Source: a virus. Taken from it: DNA of 64,000 nucleotides. The notes beneath the pieces were generated by a model that worked only from the letters and a program-made list of their open reading frames with translations, was not told the DNA's origin and searched no databases. The first letter of the stretch is position 1, and each line of letters starts with the position of its first letter. The stretch is taken from IMG/VR virus record IMGVR_UViG_3300044692_000050, positions 1 through 64,000 of that record; one strand, written 5' to 3'. A program made the position numbers and the translations under genes. Of this stretch, positions 17,868 through 27,874 are shown piece by piece.

Positions 17868-18247
17868 GATCCCTCCGGGTTGTCTTTGGTAAGGCCGAGG
17901 GCCTCGCGTGCTTTCGCAGCCCCGCGCTTGGCGGTCTCCGCGCTCGGCTTGTCAGTGCCGGAGGTGAACGGGCACGATCCGGGCTGGTGCCGCTGGCCGC
18001 AGGCCTGATGCAGCGGCAGCCGCTTGCCGACCTTGCCCGGCCCGCGCTGCGGCTCCCGGCCTGCGGTGATCCCGAGATAGCGCTGGACGATCACCGAGGC
18101 GTCCGAGGCGACGTAGCGGTTGCACGCGCCTCCGAGGGCAGCGAGGATGAGCAGGGCGTCGGCGTCGTCCCGCTTGCCCTTGTGGGCGTCCTCAGGCTGC
18201 CCGCAGGTCCCGCAGGCTTCGATCGCCCGTTGCTTCGCGGCGTCCAT
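17864..18247 (-). CDS. Hypothetical Zn-binding protein
   Basis: CGTCGQPEDAH; CGQRH. Confidence 0.55.
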   Translation of the reverse strand: MDAAKQRAIEACGTCGQPEDAHKGKRDDADALLILAALGGACNRYVASDASVIVQRYLGITAGREPQRGPGKVGKRLPLHQACGQRHQPGSCPFTSGTDKPSAETAKRGAAKAREALGLTKDNPEGS

Positions 18248-18377
18248 CAGCGGGGTTCTTCCTCGGGCCAGTCGTCGTCGGCGGCCCCGTCCCGGTCGGC
18301 GAGCCAGCGGCGCAAGGCGGGCGGGTCGTCGGGGAGTCGCGCCCAGCGGGACATCGCGGGGTCTTCGCCGAAGCCGT

Positions 18378-18875
18378 TCATGCTGCCGGGTCCTCATCTG
18401 CGGCTTCGCGGGCGGCGCGGGACTCGGCCGCTTGCTGAAGCGCCTTGTCCTGCGGGGTGGGCACGTGGGGAATTGGCAGCGCGGCGCGGGCTTCGGCCCA
18501 CGTAGGCGGCGGGTCGTCCTCGCGGACTGGAGTGGTGATTGCTTTCGGGATGGCCCTGCCGTCCGCGATGGCCCGAAGTTCGGCCTTGAGCGTCTCGCGG
18601 AAGCGGACCGGATTGTCGGCATCCTCAGGCGGCGGTGCCGGGACGATCTCGCGGGCGAGGCGTTCGCGGCGCATGGCCTTGACGCGGGTCCGGACGTCAG
18701 CCGGCATGATCCACTCGCGGGACTCGCGGTAGTAGTCGGCGACGGCGGCTCTAGCGTCCGCGAAAGACAGGTCGCCGATGAGGGCCTGCCAGGTCTGCCG
18801 GTCGGTCAGCCCGAGCTTGCGGCGATCGACGCTGGCGATGATCTCCAGCAGGTCCCACACTTCGTCGCTGTTCAC
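18378..18875 (-). CDS. Helicase loader/inhibitor-like protein
   Basis: LL..IASVDRR...W..LIGDLSFADA..AV..YY...WIMPADV; downstream of initiator. Confidence 0.7.
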   Translation of the reverse strand: MNSDEVWDLLEIIASVDRRKLGLTDRQTWQALIGDLSFADARAAVADYYRESREWIMPADVRTRVKAMRRERLAREIVPAPPPEDADNPVRFRETLKAELRAIADGRAIPKAITTPVREDDPPPTWAEARAALPIPHVPTPQDKALQQAAESRAAREAADEDPAA

Positions 18876-19798
18876 GTGATCACGCTTCCTTGGATGGTTC
18901 CGGGCGGGTTGCCTTCGCGCTGCCGGCGGTCAAGCTCGCGCAGCTGCGCCACATCGGCGCGGCGCTGGTCGGCGGCTGACCCAGGCCGGCCACCGACTGT
19001 CGGCGGCGATGCACGCGATGCCATGAGTCGCCTGTGGGAGTCGGCGATCCACTTCTGCCACGGCTCGACCCAGGACTTTTTCTTCTTGCCCTCGCCCTTG
19101 AAATGCCGTTTGAACTGGGTTGTCTCGAAGTCGAGATCAAGGCCGGGGTGTGTCGAGTGTGCCCATCTGCGCATGGCATCGGAGGGCTGGAAGTCGTCGG
19201 GGACTTCGGTGTAAGCCGGCTGAGGTGCATTGGGCACGGCGTGCGCTCGCGCGACCTCCCTGCCACCTGCTCCATGCAACCTGCCACCTGCAACATAAAG
19301 AAGCGCTGACTGCGCTGCGCCCGGCTCGGGTTCGTCTGTGCGTGGCGCATACTCGTCTGCGCGAGACTCGGACGAGTCGTCTCCGGGTTGGGAATCATCC
19401 GGTTTAGGCGCTGATGGCCTAGGTGGCGGCTCGGGGTCGTCGGTGCCGGGCGCAGGGGGTTCGGGAAGCCGGCTCTTGACCTTCTCGGGTTCCAGGCGCT
19501 GGTGCTTGGGAAGCTTCGGCAGGTGCAGATACGGATCGCCGTCGACCTCATACGGGACCACTGCACCGAGCGCGGGACTTGCCAGTTCATCAAGCAGCTT
19601 GGCGATGACTGCGGCGTCGATGTCGTCGTCGTAGGAGAAGATCTGGCCCTTGATCCATTGCGGATCGCCGTTCAGGCGGGCGTGTTCATCGGCGAGGTTC
19701 CATAGGCCGATGTACAGCAGGCGAGCGTCACGCGATGTGCGTTTCGCGAGCTTCCTGTCATCCCAGAACTCAGGCTTGACGCTCCTGATACGGGCCAA
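18872..19798 (-). CDS. Phage replication initiator
   Basis: MARIRSVKPEFW...ARLLYIGLWNLAD; C-terminal VPDDFQP...F..HF...W..W. Confidence 0.85.
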   Translation of the reverse strand: MARIRSVKPEFWDDRKLAKRTSRDARLLYIGLWNLADEHARLNGDPQWIKGQIFSYDDDIDAAVIAKLLDELASPALGAVVPYEVDGDPYLHLPKLPKHQRLEPEKVKSRLPEPPAPGTDDPEPPPRPSAPKPDDSQPGDDSSESRADEYAPRTDEPEPGAAQSALLYVAGGRLHGAGGREVARAHAVPNAPQPAYTEVPDDFQPSDAMRRWAHSTHPGLDLDFETTQFKRHFKGEGKKKKSWVEPWQKWIADSHRRLMASRASPPTVGGRPGSAADQRRADVAQLRELDRRQREGNPPGTIQGSVIT

Positions 19799-19923
19799 CC
19801 CCCGGCCGCCTTCCGTCCTCGGTGCTGCTTGTTCCGGCCGGACGGCAGGCGCCCGGCGTCAATCTGTGACGCTAGTCATGATCCTACATCATGTCTAGCT
19901 AACATGTGAAGCTGTCGCGATCT

Positions 19924-19941
19924 TCTAGCATGCGTGCTAGA
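19924..19941. promoter_or_regulatory. Palindromic operator candidate
   Basis: TCTAGCA-TGCG-TGCTAGA in AT-richer divergent intergenic region. Confidence 0.5.
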
Positions 19942-19995
19942 CTTAATGCCACGCATGACTTGGCATCGTGTTGCCGGGTCACCGATGATGAGAGG

Positions 19996-20253
19996 GTGAG
20001 CGACGTGGTGGACGACCTTCTTGCGGCAGTTGCGACCGCCCGTGAGAGCCGGGCTGCCCATGAGAAGGACCACCAGCGCGTCATCGACCTGCTCATCGAC
20101 GTGCGCCGTCAGCGCGGTGGCGAGCTGGGGCCGGCCGATCTCGAGGAGATGATCGGCAAGTACATGGACCGGGCCACGATCAGCCGCAAGACGGCCCCGG
20201 CCTTCGATGGCAAGCCGCCGCACAAGCGAACGCGCCGCCCGGCCCGCTCCTAG
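19996..20253 (+). CDS. Small HTH-like regulator divergent from the initiator
   Basis: LGPADLEEMIGKYMDRATISRKT, similar architecture to 10149..10370. Confidence 0.65.
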   Translation: MSDVVDDLLAAVATARESRAAHEKDHQRVIDLLIDVRRQRGGELGPADLEEMIGKYMDRATISRKTAPAFDGKPPHKRTRRPARS

Positions 20254-20342
20254 CTTCTCGCTGCCGCCATCCCTGACCCCCGAACGCACGCTGAGGCCAC
20301 AGCCCGTACTGATGGCTGTGGCCTCGCTGCACGTCCAGGTGG

Positions 20343-20576
20343 TCAAGCGGCGTCACCCGCTTCCACGTCCCGCCGCGGCGCGAACAGGTCGACCATCCAC
20401 CCGTCCCCGTCCGCCTGCACCTTTGCCCGGGTGACCTGTGCGTCCCCGTGAAGTCCCGCCTCATCCAGCAGGGCGATCGCCAGGGCCTCGTCCCCGAGGT
20501 GGGTAGCCAGTACTGCGGTGACTTCTCCGCGGTCCCGGGACAGGAGGGTTCGGGGGATGGCCGGTCGGCCGTCCAC
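20343..20576 (-). CDS. Hypothetical protein
   Basis: Coupled ORF. Confidence 0.45.
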   Translation of the reverse strand: MDGRPAIPRTLLSRDRGEVTAVLATHLGDEALAIALLDEAGLHGDAQVTRAKVQADGDGWMVDLFAPRRDVEAGDAA

Positions 20577-20803
20577 TATGCGGCCCTCCTGATCTCGGCA
20601 GCGGTGAACAGCTCCCCCTGGACCATCGGCCCGGGAACGGCAGCGAGGACAGGGGAGACGGACACGATCCGCTCGTTCCTCCAGCAGCCCCGCGTCAGGC
20701 ACGAGAGGTACCCGCCGACCGCCGGGCGTGCCTGTGCCCCGTTCTGGTGCCCGCAGGCGAGGTGTGCGACCCAGAAGGGGTTCGGGGGTCCGGGGGGCAT
20801 CAC
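20576..20803 (-). CDS. Zn-ribbon small protein
   Basis: LACGH...C...C. Confidence 0.5.
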   Translation of the reverse strand: MMPPGPPNPFWVAHLACGHQNGAQARPAVGGYLSCLTRGCWRNERIVSVSPVLAAVPGPMVQGELFTAAEIRRAA

Positions 20804-21546
20804 GATGCCTCCAGGACCATCTGGGACAGGCGCTTGGCTGCGGCCTCGGCGTGCGGCTCGTGGAGCTCGATCCCGATGGCGCGGCGGCCGGACTGCCGGG
20901 CAGCGTCCAGCGTGGAGCCGCTTCCGGCGAACGGGTCGAGGATTAGGCCACGGGGTGGGCAGGCGTAGGAGATCAGCGGCGAGAGGATGCCTAGCGGCTT
21001 CTCCGTCTTATGAATGGCCCGGCCTTGCAGGTTCCGCACCCGGACTACGGAGCGCATCATGCGTTCGGAGGTCTGCTGCACTTCGCGGGCGTGAATATCG
21101 CCGCGATGGTCGCCGCCCGCCCGGCTGCGGTACATTGTCGCCGAACGTGGAGCGCCGGCCTCCAGGGGAACCTCGCGCCATACTCTGCGCCACTCGCCCT
21201 GATACCAGTGCGTAGCCTGCTCGTGGACGCGCTTGAAGCGATCCCGGTCAAAGCCGGAGCCGTTCTCCTTCTCCCAGATCACGTCCTGTGAGAACTTCCA
21301 GCGCGAGGCCTTGAACTCGGCCCCGTGCTCGAGGTACATCCGCAGCGACCCGAAACACCACAGCGACCGGGCATGCCGGGCGGCAACATCGAGCCAGCCC
21401 TCCGGCCAGACGTCCCACGCCAGCGACGTCTCTCCGCAAGGCGGGTCGGCCACGATCAGGTCCGGCTTCACGCCTAGCGCGGGCAGCACCTCGCGCATGT
21501 CCCCGAGGTAGAGCGCGGCCAGCTCGTCCTCGTAGTAAGCCTTCAC
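20800..21546 (-). CDS. Second beta-class DNA methyltransferase with DPPC in place of DPPY
   Basis: LYLGDMRE, ADPPCG, HKTEKP and ILDPFAGSGST motifs. Confidence 0.88.
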   Translation of the reverse strand: MKAYYEDELAALYLGDMREVLPALGVKPDLIVADPPCGETSLAWDVWPEGWLDVAARHARSLWCFGSLRMYLEHGAEFKASRWKFSQDVIWEKENGSGFDRDRFKRVHEQATHWYQGEWRRVWREVPLEAGAPRSATMYRSRAGGDHRGDIHAREVQQTSERMMRSVVRVRNLQGRAIHKTEKPLGILSPLISYACPPRGLILDPFAGSGSTLDAARQSGRRAIGIELHEPHAEAAAKRLSQMVLEAS

Positions 21547-21709
21547 GCCGCCTCCCTGAACTCTGCGGGTGCCACGTGCTCGAGCAGGGCCTGGATGGCC
21601 GCGTACATGCCTCCTGCAAGCTCCCGCTCGTCGTCGGCGTCGGAGTAGTACGGGCCTGCCTGCCACTCGTCCGCGGCGGCCTTGAGCCTGGCGAGGAGGT
21701 GCTCGGGGA

Positions 21710-22183
21710 TCATGTGCCACCTCGCAAGGGCTCGATAGCGGTAGAGGTGGGATGCCGCGGCGGGTTATCGGTGTGCGCCTGCGCGGCCTTGTCAACGCCG
21801 TCAGGGTCGCCCGGTCCCGCGGTCCAGTCGCAGTCCTGGCGGCTGAGGCAGCGGGCCGTAGCGGTGAGCTCAAAGCCGCCCGGAACGCCTGCGGGGACGG
21901 CGGCGGTCCTGGCTTGCCGCGGTCTCGCCGGGGACTTGCGGGCAGCCTTGGCCGCCGCAGCGCGCCACTCAGCGCCGCTGAGGCCCCTGGAACCGGCGCC
22001 AGGCTCGCTGGCTCGCACAGACGAGCCTGGCGCACGGGTCTGGGCCCGCCCCCGGACCGCAGGTGCGGTCTCCGAGGGCGGGGTCCCGCCCGGGTCTGAC
22101 CCCCCCGGGCGGGACGACGGGACCTGGCAGGCAGTCCCGGCGTATTCAGTTGTCGCGCCTGCCAGGTCGTCTCGGTTGCTCAC
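21710..22183 (-). CDS. Hypothetical protein
   Basis: Coupled; C-terminal C..C...H..H. Confidence 0.5.
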   Translation of the reverse strand: MSNRDDLAGATTEYAGTACQVPSSRPGGSDPGGTPPSETAPAVRGRAQTRAPGSSVRASEPGAGSRGLSGAEWRAAAAKAARKSPARPRQARTAAVPAGVPGGFELTATARCLSRQDCDWTAGPGDPDGVDKAAQAHTDNPPRHPTSTAIEPLRGGT

Positions 22184-22506
22184 GACGTCCCTCCGTCACT
22201 GAGGGACCCCAGGTATTCGCGTTCGTAGCGGTACCGGGTCTTGCGCGTGATGCCGACCTCCTCGGCCGCCTCGGCTGGCTCCACGCCCTGGCGGCGGAGC
22301 TTGTCGTAAAGGGCTTGCCGTGCGATGCGGTCTTCGGACCTGCGGGCACCTCCCCGGTTGGGGATGGGCTGGTTCCACTGGCCCGCCTGCTCAGGCGTCC
22401 AGCCCGGGATGCCCTGGTACCTGTAGCCGCCGCCCAGCTCGAGGTGGCTGGCGGAGTTCTGGCCCATGGTGGATCCGATGGAGCGGATCCTGCCGGTGCG
22501 GGTCAC
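22180..22506 (-). CDS. HTH protein
   Basis: LRRQGVEPAEAAEEVGITRKTRYRYE. Confidence 0.6.
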   Translation of the reverse strand: MTRTGRIRSIGSTMGQNSASHLELGGGYRYQGIPGWTPEQAGQWNQPIPNRGGARRSEDRIARQALYDKLRRQGVEPAEAAEEVGITRKTRYRYEREYLGSLSDGGTS

Positions 22507-22781
22507 GAGGCCCTCCTGCGACGGTAGACAGGCTCGGGAATGGTGATCATGGAGTCCATCTCGATCTCGGACAGGGCGTATGCCTCGTCGTCGTCGAGCG
22601 GCTCTCCGTCCTCGGCTAGCGCGGGGACGCGCCGGGGTCTGCTGCGGGCGTTCCAGGCCCGGCCGAGGCGGCGGAGCATGGCATCCCGGAACCGCCCGAG
22701 AGGCACGTCGCCGCCCGCGAAGACAGTGGCCAGCGCGATCATGATGATGGCGGCGAGCATGAGCCATACGCCGGGGTTCAC
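22503..22781 (-). CDS. Small membrane protein
   Basis: N-terminal TM helix. Confidence 0.5.
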   Translation of the reverse strand: MNPGVWLMLAAIIMIALATVFAGGDVPLGRFRDAMLRRLGRAWNARSRPRRVPALAEDGEPLDDDEAYALSEIEMDSMITIPEPVYRRRRAS

Positions 22782-23030
22782 GAGGTCTCACCCCGTTCCA
22801 TGAGCCACGCGCGGCGTTCCCGTCGCCTGCCGAGCGCGGAAGCGCCCAGGAGGGCCAGGGAGAGCGCCAGGGTGCCCGCTGCGGCCACGAGAGACCAGAA
22901 GACGGTGTTCGGTGCCTGCTTCATGACTTGCCCCCCAGGCGGAACGCGAAGGCCAGGAGGAATATCCCGCCCGCGAAGCAGAGGGCGGCGAGGGCGATGC
23001 CGATGGCGAGGTGTGCGGCAATCCAGGCGG

Positions 23031-23339
23031 TCACGTGCGCCTCCCTGGTGCCTCGCGTACGACCTGCTCGGCGGCGAAGGCGATGATGACGCTCAGGTCA
23101 GCGGCACTGATGGCCGGGAGCCTGTCTCCGACACAGGCGAGGAACTGGCCTGCCGCCATCAGGACGCGCCCGGCGAGCGCCCGGTCCTCCGGGAACTGCT
23201 CGGCCACCGTTCCGGCGAGATGCTCGGCGACGGGGAGGAGGTAAGCGGCTTCCGGGTTGTTCCTGCGATCGCGGGCGATGGCGAGTGCCTGGTCGGTGCT
23301 CGCGTTGAGAGCGGTCCTGTATCCGGCGAAGTCGTTCAT
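23031..23339 (-). CDS. Hypothetical protein
   Basis: Coupled ORF. Confidence 0.55.
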   Translation of the reverse strand: MNDFAGYRTALNASTDQALAIARDRRNNPEAAYLLPVAEHLAGTVAEQFPEDRALAGRVLMAAGQFLACVGDRLPAISAADLSVIIAFAAEQVVREAPGRRT

Positions 23340-23863
23340 GCGACCAGCCCCTCAGGTGCCACGTCCAGCCAGCGCCCGTCGCAGGACGGCCACATCTGCA
23401 GGCCGCCCGCGTCGGCCTCCAGGTGGACCAGGACGCTGATGGTTCCCGGCAGGATCGTGGCGCGCGGGATGATCAGCCCTTCGGCCTCGGCCTCGCGCCG
23501 CTTCGTCGTGTGCACCTTGCGGTGGCAGTCGGCGCAGATCCTGACCCCGTTGCAGGCGCAGTCCGTGTGCGGCCTACCATCGCCGCCAACACCCTTGAGG
23601 CGCCGATGGTGACGCTGGAGGTCCCGCGCCCATCCGCAGTGGATGCACCAGGGGTCGCGGGCGTCGATGAGGGCGGCCACGGCCTGCGGGAAGTAGTCAC
23701 CCCGGCCCGAGGTGGCCCGCTTCGCCGGCGCGCTCCTGGCCTCTCTCGTCCTTGCTGCCGGGAGGGAGGAGGGGAAGGGTGTCCGGGTGATCTGGCCTCG
23801 CGGGAGATAGGCACTCCGGGCGGGCAATGTTGAATTCCATGCGCGGGGGCGGTCGCCGGTCAT
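23336..23863 (-). CDS. HNH endonuclease
   Basis: RDPWCIHCG...HHRR..G.GG...CN...CADCH. Confidence 0.8.
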   Translation of the reverse strand: MTGDRPRAWNSTLPARSAYLPRGQITRTPFPSSLPAARTREARSAPAKRATSGRGDYFPQAVAALIDARDPWCIHCGWARDLQRHHRRLKGVGGDGRPHTDCACNGVRICADCHRKVHTTKRREAEAEGLIIPRATILPGTISVLVHLEADAGGLQMWPSCDGRWLDVAPEGLVA

Positions 23864-24282
23864 GACCCATACCCCTCGATCGCATTGCGCTCGGCCCGCT
23901 GCGTGGCCCCGACGGAGCGGCAGGTATCCCAGTCGTCCTTGAGCAGCCGCAAGGTCTCCTTGGCCGCGTTGAGCTCAGCGGCGAGCGCTTCGGCGGCGAA
24001 TACGGACGGGGCGGCGGCGAGGCGGGACGCCTGGTCGCGCTGCTGCTGCGGGCCCTCGGCGCTCAGGAACTCCTCGGCGCGGACGATCGTGGCGACTTTC
24101 GTTGCCTCGGCCACGTCGATGGAGAGCTTCCGGATCTCCTCGATCTTCTCCCGGCGCATCCGCTGGATGGCGACCATGACGCGGGCGATCTCCTGCGGGC
24201 CCAGATCCTCGACCTGGCGCCCTTGCGGGCGGTTGCCGGGCGCGAGTATCTGGCCGATGGAGACGGCTTCCAGGATGGTCAT
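23860..24282 (-). CDS. Coiled-coil phage protein
   Basis: Helical; follows recT as is common in actinophages. Confidence 0.6.
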   Translation of the reverse strand: MTILEAVSIGQILAPGNRPQGRQVEDLGPQEIARVMVAIQRMRREKIEEIRKLSIDVAEATKVATIVRAEEFLSAEGPQQQRDQASRLAAAPSVFAAEALAAELNAAKETLRLLKDDWDTCRSVGATQRAERNAIEGYGS

Positions 24283-25178
24283 CGCAGGCCGTCCCCGCTG
24301 AACCCTGCCGTCTTGGCCTGGATGGCCCTGCGGACAGCCTCGGCCTTCTCCGGGGCCATCGCGCCGGAGGCGGCCACCTCGTCAAGCTCGGCTTCGGCCC
24401 GCTGGCCGTCGTCGGCGCTCGCGATGCCGTCGATCCGGTCGGCCCAGTCGCCGAGGTCTGCGTCCGGTCCGTCCTCGGCACCCTCGTCCTGCGCGGCCGG
24501 GTCGTCGCTGCGCCCGATGACCTCGGCAACGGTTACCCTGCCGCTGCGCCGGGCCTGCGCGGGTGCCCCGCCAAGATCCTGCGGCAGCTCCTCCTCGATG
24601 TAGACGCCGCCGAGGTCATGCGGGAAGGCGCGGCGCAGCGCGAACGCCTCGGCGCACTTCTCGATCTGGTGCGCGGGCGCGTCCCGCCACTTCCCGGTGG
24701 GCGATCCGTTCTTGCTCTGCACGTACTCGCTAAACCGCAGGGTTCCGGGGTAGCGCCGGCCGTTCTTCAGGACGGTCACGGTGCATCCGGACGGCGGCTC
24801 GTTCTGGAGCCAGATCTTGTGCTCGCCGCCGCTGGCGTCGTACCAGATGGTGTCCTCATACTCGACCTCGATGCCGAGCCGCTCGGCGGCCCGGTCGCGG
24901 ATGACCCGGAAGCCCTCGATGCCGACCTGGATCGTCTGCTTGTCGATCCACTGGTCGCCGCGCCGTTCCTGGCGGCAGATCATGTAGATCTGCTTGGAGA
25001 ACGGGTCCAGCCCGGTCTTCTGGCAGTAGTGCATGAACACGGCCAGGTCGGCGCTGGAAGCGTTCTTGATGCCGAGCGCGGTCAGCGCAGCCCGCTGCTT
25101 GGGCGTCCACATCTCCTGGCCGGGACGGATGGCCAGGGCGGCGGTCGGCTGGTAGGTGTCGATCGCGGTGACGGTCAT
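24279..25178 (-). CDS. recT: RecT/Bet-family single-strand annealing protein
   Basis: FMHYCQKTGLDPFSKQIY, IQVGIEGFR, W...P..QIEKCAEAFALRRAFP. Confidence 0.9.
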   Translation of the reverse strand: MTVTAIDTYQPTAALAIRPGQEMWTPKQRAALTALGIKNASSADLAVFMHYCQKTGLDPFSKQIYMICRQERRGDQWIDKQTIQVGIEGFRVIRDRAAERLGIEVEYEDTIWYDASGGEHKIWLQNEPPSGCTVTVLKNGRRYPGTLRFSEYVQSKNGSPTGKWRDAPAHQIEKCAEAFALRRAFPHDLGGVYIEEELPQDLGGAPAQARRSGRVTVAEVIGRSDDPAAQDEGAEDGPDADLGDWADRIDGIASADDGQRAEAELDEVAASGAMAPEKAEAVRRAIQAKTAGFSGDGLR

Positions 25179-26047
25179 TCGAAGTCCTCCCCCGTGCGCT
25201 GCGCCCACGGCGGCAGCGAGATGTACGTGATGTCGTTGTCCGAGTAGCCGGGCCAGTAGCCGGCGGCGGTGCAGTCGCGGAAGATCTCGGCGGCGGTGCG
25301 CATCCGGTCGCGCCCGGCCTCGATCGCGCCGTCCTCCAGGCCGATGACGTTGACCAGGTAGGGCGCGGCCTTCTCTTGCACGATGAACAGGAACGCCGGG
25401 TCGTCGTCGAGCCCGAGGGCGCGCACGCCGTCGATGTACTGGGCGGCCTGCATGTGGTAGCTGAACTTGGCGGCGGCCCTGCGGAAGCTCTCCGCGTCGG
25501 CCGCCACAGCGGTCTTGTAGTCGGGGATCACGAGGCGGCGGCCCGGCGAGACGTCGGGCAGGAAGTCCAGCCGCGCCCGCCGCCAGATGCCGGTCTCGTC
25601 GTCCTCCCAGAACAGGGACTGCTCGGGCTTGCCGTGCTCCCGGTCGAGCAGCACGGACGCCACGGGGTGCTTGCGGAGGGTGTCCGCCATCGCGACGATC
25701 ACCAGCCACTCGTGCGGCAGGACCGGGACGTAGCCGTTCTCGCGCGCCTCGGCCGCGGCGTCCTTTGCCTTCTTGGTGCGCCAGTCGGGCGCGTCCACGA
25801 CGGTGACGTCAGGCCCGGATCCGAGGACCATGCGGTGCGCGGCGGTGCCGAACTCGAAGCTGTCCTTCGGCGGCGGCGGGTTCTGGCGCTCGTGCCAGAA
25901 CCGGGCCGGGCATGACGGCGGCAGCAGGAGCTTCGCGCCGGACGCCGACAGCGAGCCGCCCGGAACCGGGTCGCCGTGGTACTCGTCCTCCGGCATCCCG
26001 TCGCGGACGCCAGCGGTGAAGGCGGGAGCCTCGGCTAGCGCCGTCAT
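25175..26047 (-). CDS. recE: RecE-like PD-(D/E)XK exonuclease (DUF3799-like)
   Basis: YHGDP...LSASGAK, FGTAAH, EQS..W, RARLD, DYKT and YHMQAAQY motifs. Confidence 0.9.
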   Translation of the reverse strand: MTALAEAPAFTAGVRDGMPEDEYHGDPVPGGSLSASGAKLLLPPSCPARFWHERQNPPPPKDSFEFGTAAHRMVLGSGPDVTVVDAPDWRTKKAKDAAAEARENGYVPVLPHEWLVIVAMADTLRKHPVASVLLDREHGKPEQSLFWEDDETGIWRRARLDFLPDVSPGRRLVIPDYKTAVAADAESFRRAAAKFSYHMQAAQYIDGVRALGLDDDPAFLFIVQEKAAPYLVNVIGLEDGAIEAGRDRMRTAAEIFRDCTAAGYWPGYSDNDITYISLPPWAQRTGEDFE

Positions 26048-26274
26048 GCCGCCACCCTTCCCTGCTGGCCGCTGGCCTCGATCAGTCGTGCGTGCGCCGC
26101 CCTGATCGCCTCCACGTCCGGTGCTGTCCACTGCTCGCCCCGGTACGTGTCGGTGTGGTCCCTGATGAGGTCCCACACGCCGGACCGGGCGGCGTTCAGT
26201 TCCGGCGTCCAGGACAGTCCCCCGGTCTCCCGGTAGGTCGCGTGGGCGGTGAGGACGGCCTGAGCGGCGGTCAT
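26044..26274 (-). CDS. Hypothetical protein
   Basis: Coupled ORF. Confidence 0.55.
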   Translation of the reverse strand: MTAAQAVLTAHATYRETGGLSWTPELNAARSGVWDLIRDHTDTYRGEQWTAPDVEAIRAAHARLIEASGQQGRVAA

Positions 26275-26759
26275 GACGCCGCTCCGGCAAGGCGGTATTT
26301 CCTGGCCATGTCCCGCATCGCGGCGAGGATGACCTCTTCCTCTTCCGGGCTGCTGCCGAGGATGGCGGCAACGTTGGCGAACCCGTCGCCGATCCGCGCG
26401 TACGTCTTGGCCCCGGCTATGTCGTTACGCGGGTTCGCCCACGCCCAGAACGCGTGGTGGCTGGCATCCAGCTCGGCCCACACGTCCATGTACTGCTGGT
26501 ACGGGTCGGTGTCCGGGGCGGGCTTACCCGGCTCCGGGGCGGGTTCCGCGACGGCCGGAGACGCGGCCTTGGCGACGCACACGTTGCACGTCCACTGCTC
26601 GCCCGCGTGCATCCAGCCCGCACCGAGGGCGGCGGGGCGCATCGACTCGGCCATCACCCTGGACACGGCCTCGGTCCCGGCGGCGAACAGGGCACCGCAC
26701 GGGCTGCACTGGATCTGCCGTGAGGTCACGGCCGGGAAGGCCGTGGTGTCGTCGCTCAT
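26271..26759 (-). CDS. Hypothetical Zn-binding protein
   Basis: CSPC...GW...CNVC. Confidence 0.6.
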   Translation of the reverse strand: MSDDTTAFPAVTSRQIQCSPCGALFAAGTEAVSRVMAESMRPAALGAGWMHAGEQWTCNVCVAKAASPAVAEPAPEPGKPAPDTDPYQQYMDVWAELDASHHAFWAWANPRNDIAGAKTYARIGDGFANVAAILGSSPEEEEVILAAMRDMARKYRLAGAAS

Positions 26760-26977
26760 TCGGGTTCCCCCCCGTTGAGGTAGTTGATGGAGTCCGCGAT
26801 CCCCTTGAACGCCCCGTCAATGTCGCCCCGGACGGCGCAGGCGCAGCCCTTCGGGATGTGGCGGATGGCGATCCAGGACGCCTTGAGGTTCCGGGCCACG
26901 TTCTGCCGGTCGAGGTAGAACGACAGGGCGGCGAGCGGGATGCAGATCGCCAGGACGGCGATCGTGCTGCCGCTCAT
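26756..26977 (-). CDS. Small membrane protein
   Basis: N-terminal TM; ATGA-coupled. Confidence 0.5.
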   Translation of the reverse strand: MSGSTIAVLAICIPLAALSFYLDRQNVARNLKASWIAIRHIPKGCACAVRGDIDGAFKGIADSINYLNGGEPE

Positions 26978-27162
26978 GCCGCGTGCTCGCGGTACTGCGG
27001 CAACGGGATGCCGGGAGACGACTCGTACTGGCGGAGGTTCGCCTGTGCGGCCTCGTACTCGTCGTTCGCGGCGTCCACGATCCGCTGTGCCTCGGCCATG
27101 GCGATCGGGTGGTTCTCGCTGGCCCGGTTGAACCGCTCGCAAGCGGCTTCGTACTCGTTCAC
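26974..27162 (-). CDS. Hypothetical protein
   Basis: Coupled ORF. Confidence 0.55.
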   Translation of the reverse strand: MNEYEAACERFNRASENHPIAMAEAQRIVDAANDEYEAAQANLRQYESSPGIPLPQYREHAA

Positions 27163-27503
27163 TGGCCGTCCTCCGCCCGCGCCTTGGTGGCGGCTTCCTG
27201 GATCATCCGGATGGCCGTCAGGCAGTCCTCGCGGGAGATGCCGTCGTCGCCCTTGTTGTGCGCGATGTGGTCGTAGATCTCCTCGGCACCGCAGGTGTAC
27301 GGGAGGTTGGTGTTCCAGTCCTCCTCCTGCGCGAAGCCGATGCCGATCGTGGTGAACTTCGGGAAGCCGACGATGGCCTGCGTCTCGCTGAGGCGCACCC
27401 GGTAGGCCCAGTAGTCCTCACCGAGACTCGGCGTGAGCATGAACGGGCCGATGTGAGCCGTGCGGTCCTCCTGGCCCCTGACGTCGAGCACGAGGCCGCT
27501 CAT
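27159..27503 (-). CDS. Hypothetical protein
   Basis: YWAYRV...GFPKFTTIGIGFAQEEDWNTNLPY, globular. Confidence 0.65.
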   Translation of the reverse strand: MSGLVLDVRGQEDRTAHIGPFMLTPSLGEDYWAYRVRLSETQAIVGFPKFTTIGIGFAQEEDWNTNLPYTCGAEEIYDHIAHNKGDDGISREDCLTAIRMIQEAATKARAEDGQ

Positions 27504-27874
27504 GCCGCCACCAGCCTGTCCGCGAACAGGTCCGCCCCGTCGAAGTGCTCGCCCCGCGCCACCAGGACGACCGGCAGCCCGGACGGGAGGTAGGCCTCCA
27601 GCAGCAGGTTCATCGTGGAGCCCTGCCGGGTGACCCGGGAGGCGAACGCGATGCCCAGCGAGGTCGACAGCAGGTCAACGGCCCGGCAGACCGCCCACCG
27701 GGAGTCCTCAGCGTGGACGATCTTGCGGAAGTCGAAGGTGACGCGCTCCGGGCTGATCGTGGGGCGCGGGAGCCCTTCGGAGTCGCGGGCGAGGTCGAGG
27801 ATCATGGACGCGTCGGCGAACCACCCGCTCGTGTCCGGTGAGGTGTCGAGCACTATGGGGACTAGCTGAGACAC
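27500..27874 (-). CDS. Hypothetical protein
   Basis: AAGGGAG RBS; coupled. Confidence 0.55.
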   Translation of the reverse strand: MSQLVPIVLDTSPDTSGWFADASMILDLARDSEGLPRPTISPERVTFDFRKIVHAEDSRWAVCRAVDLLSTSLGIAFASRVTRQGSTMNLLLEAYLPSGLPVVLVARGEHFDGADLFADRLVAA

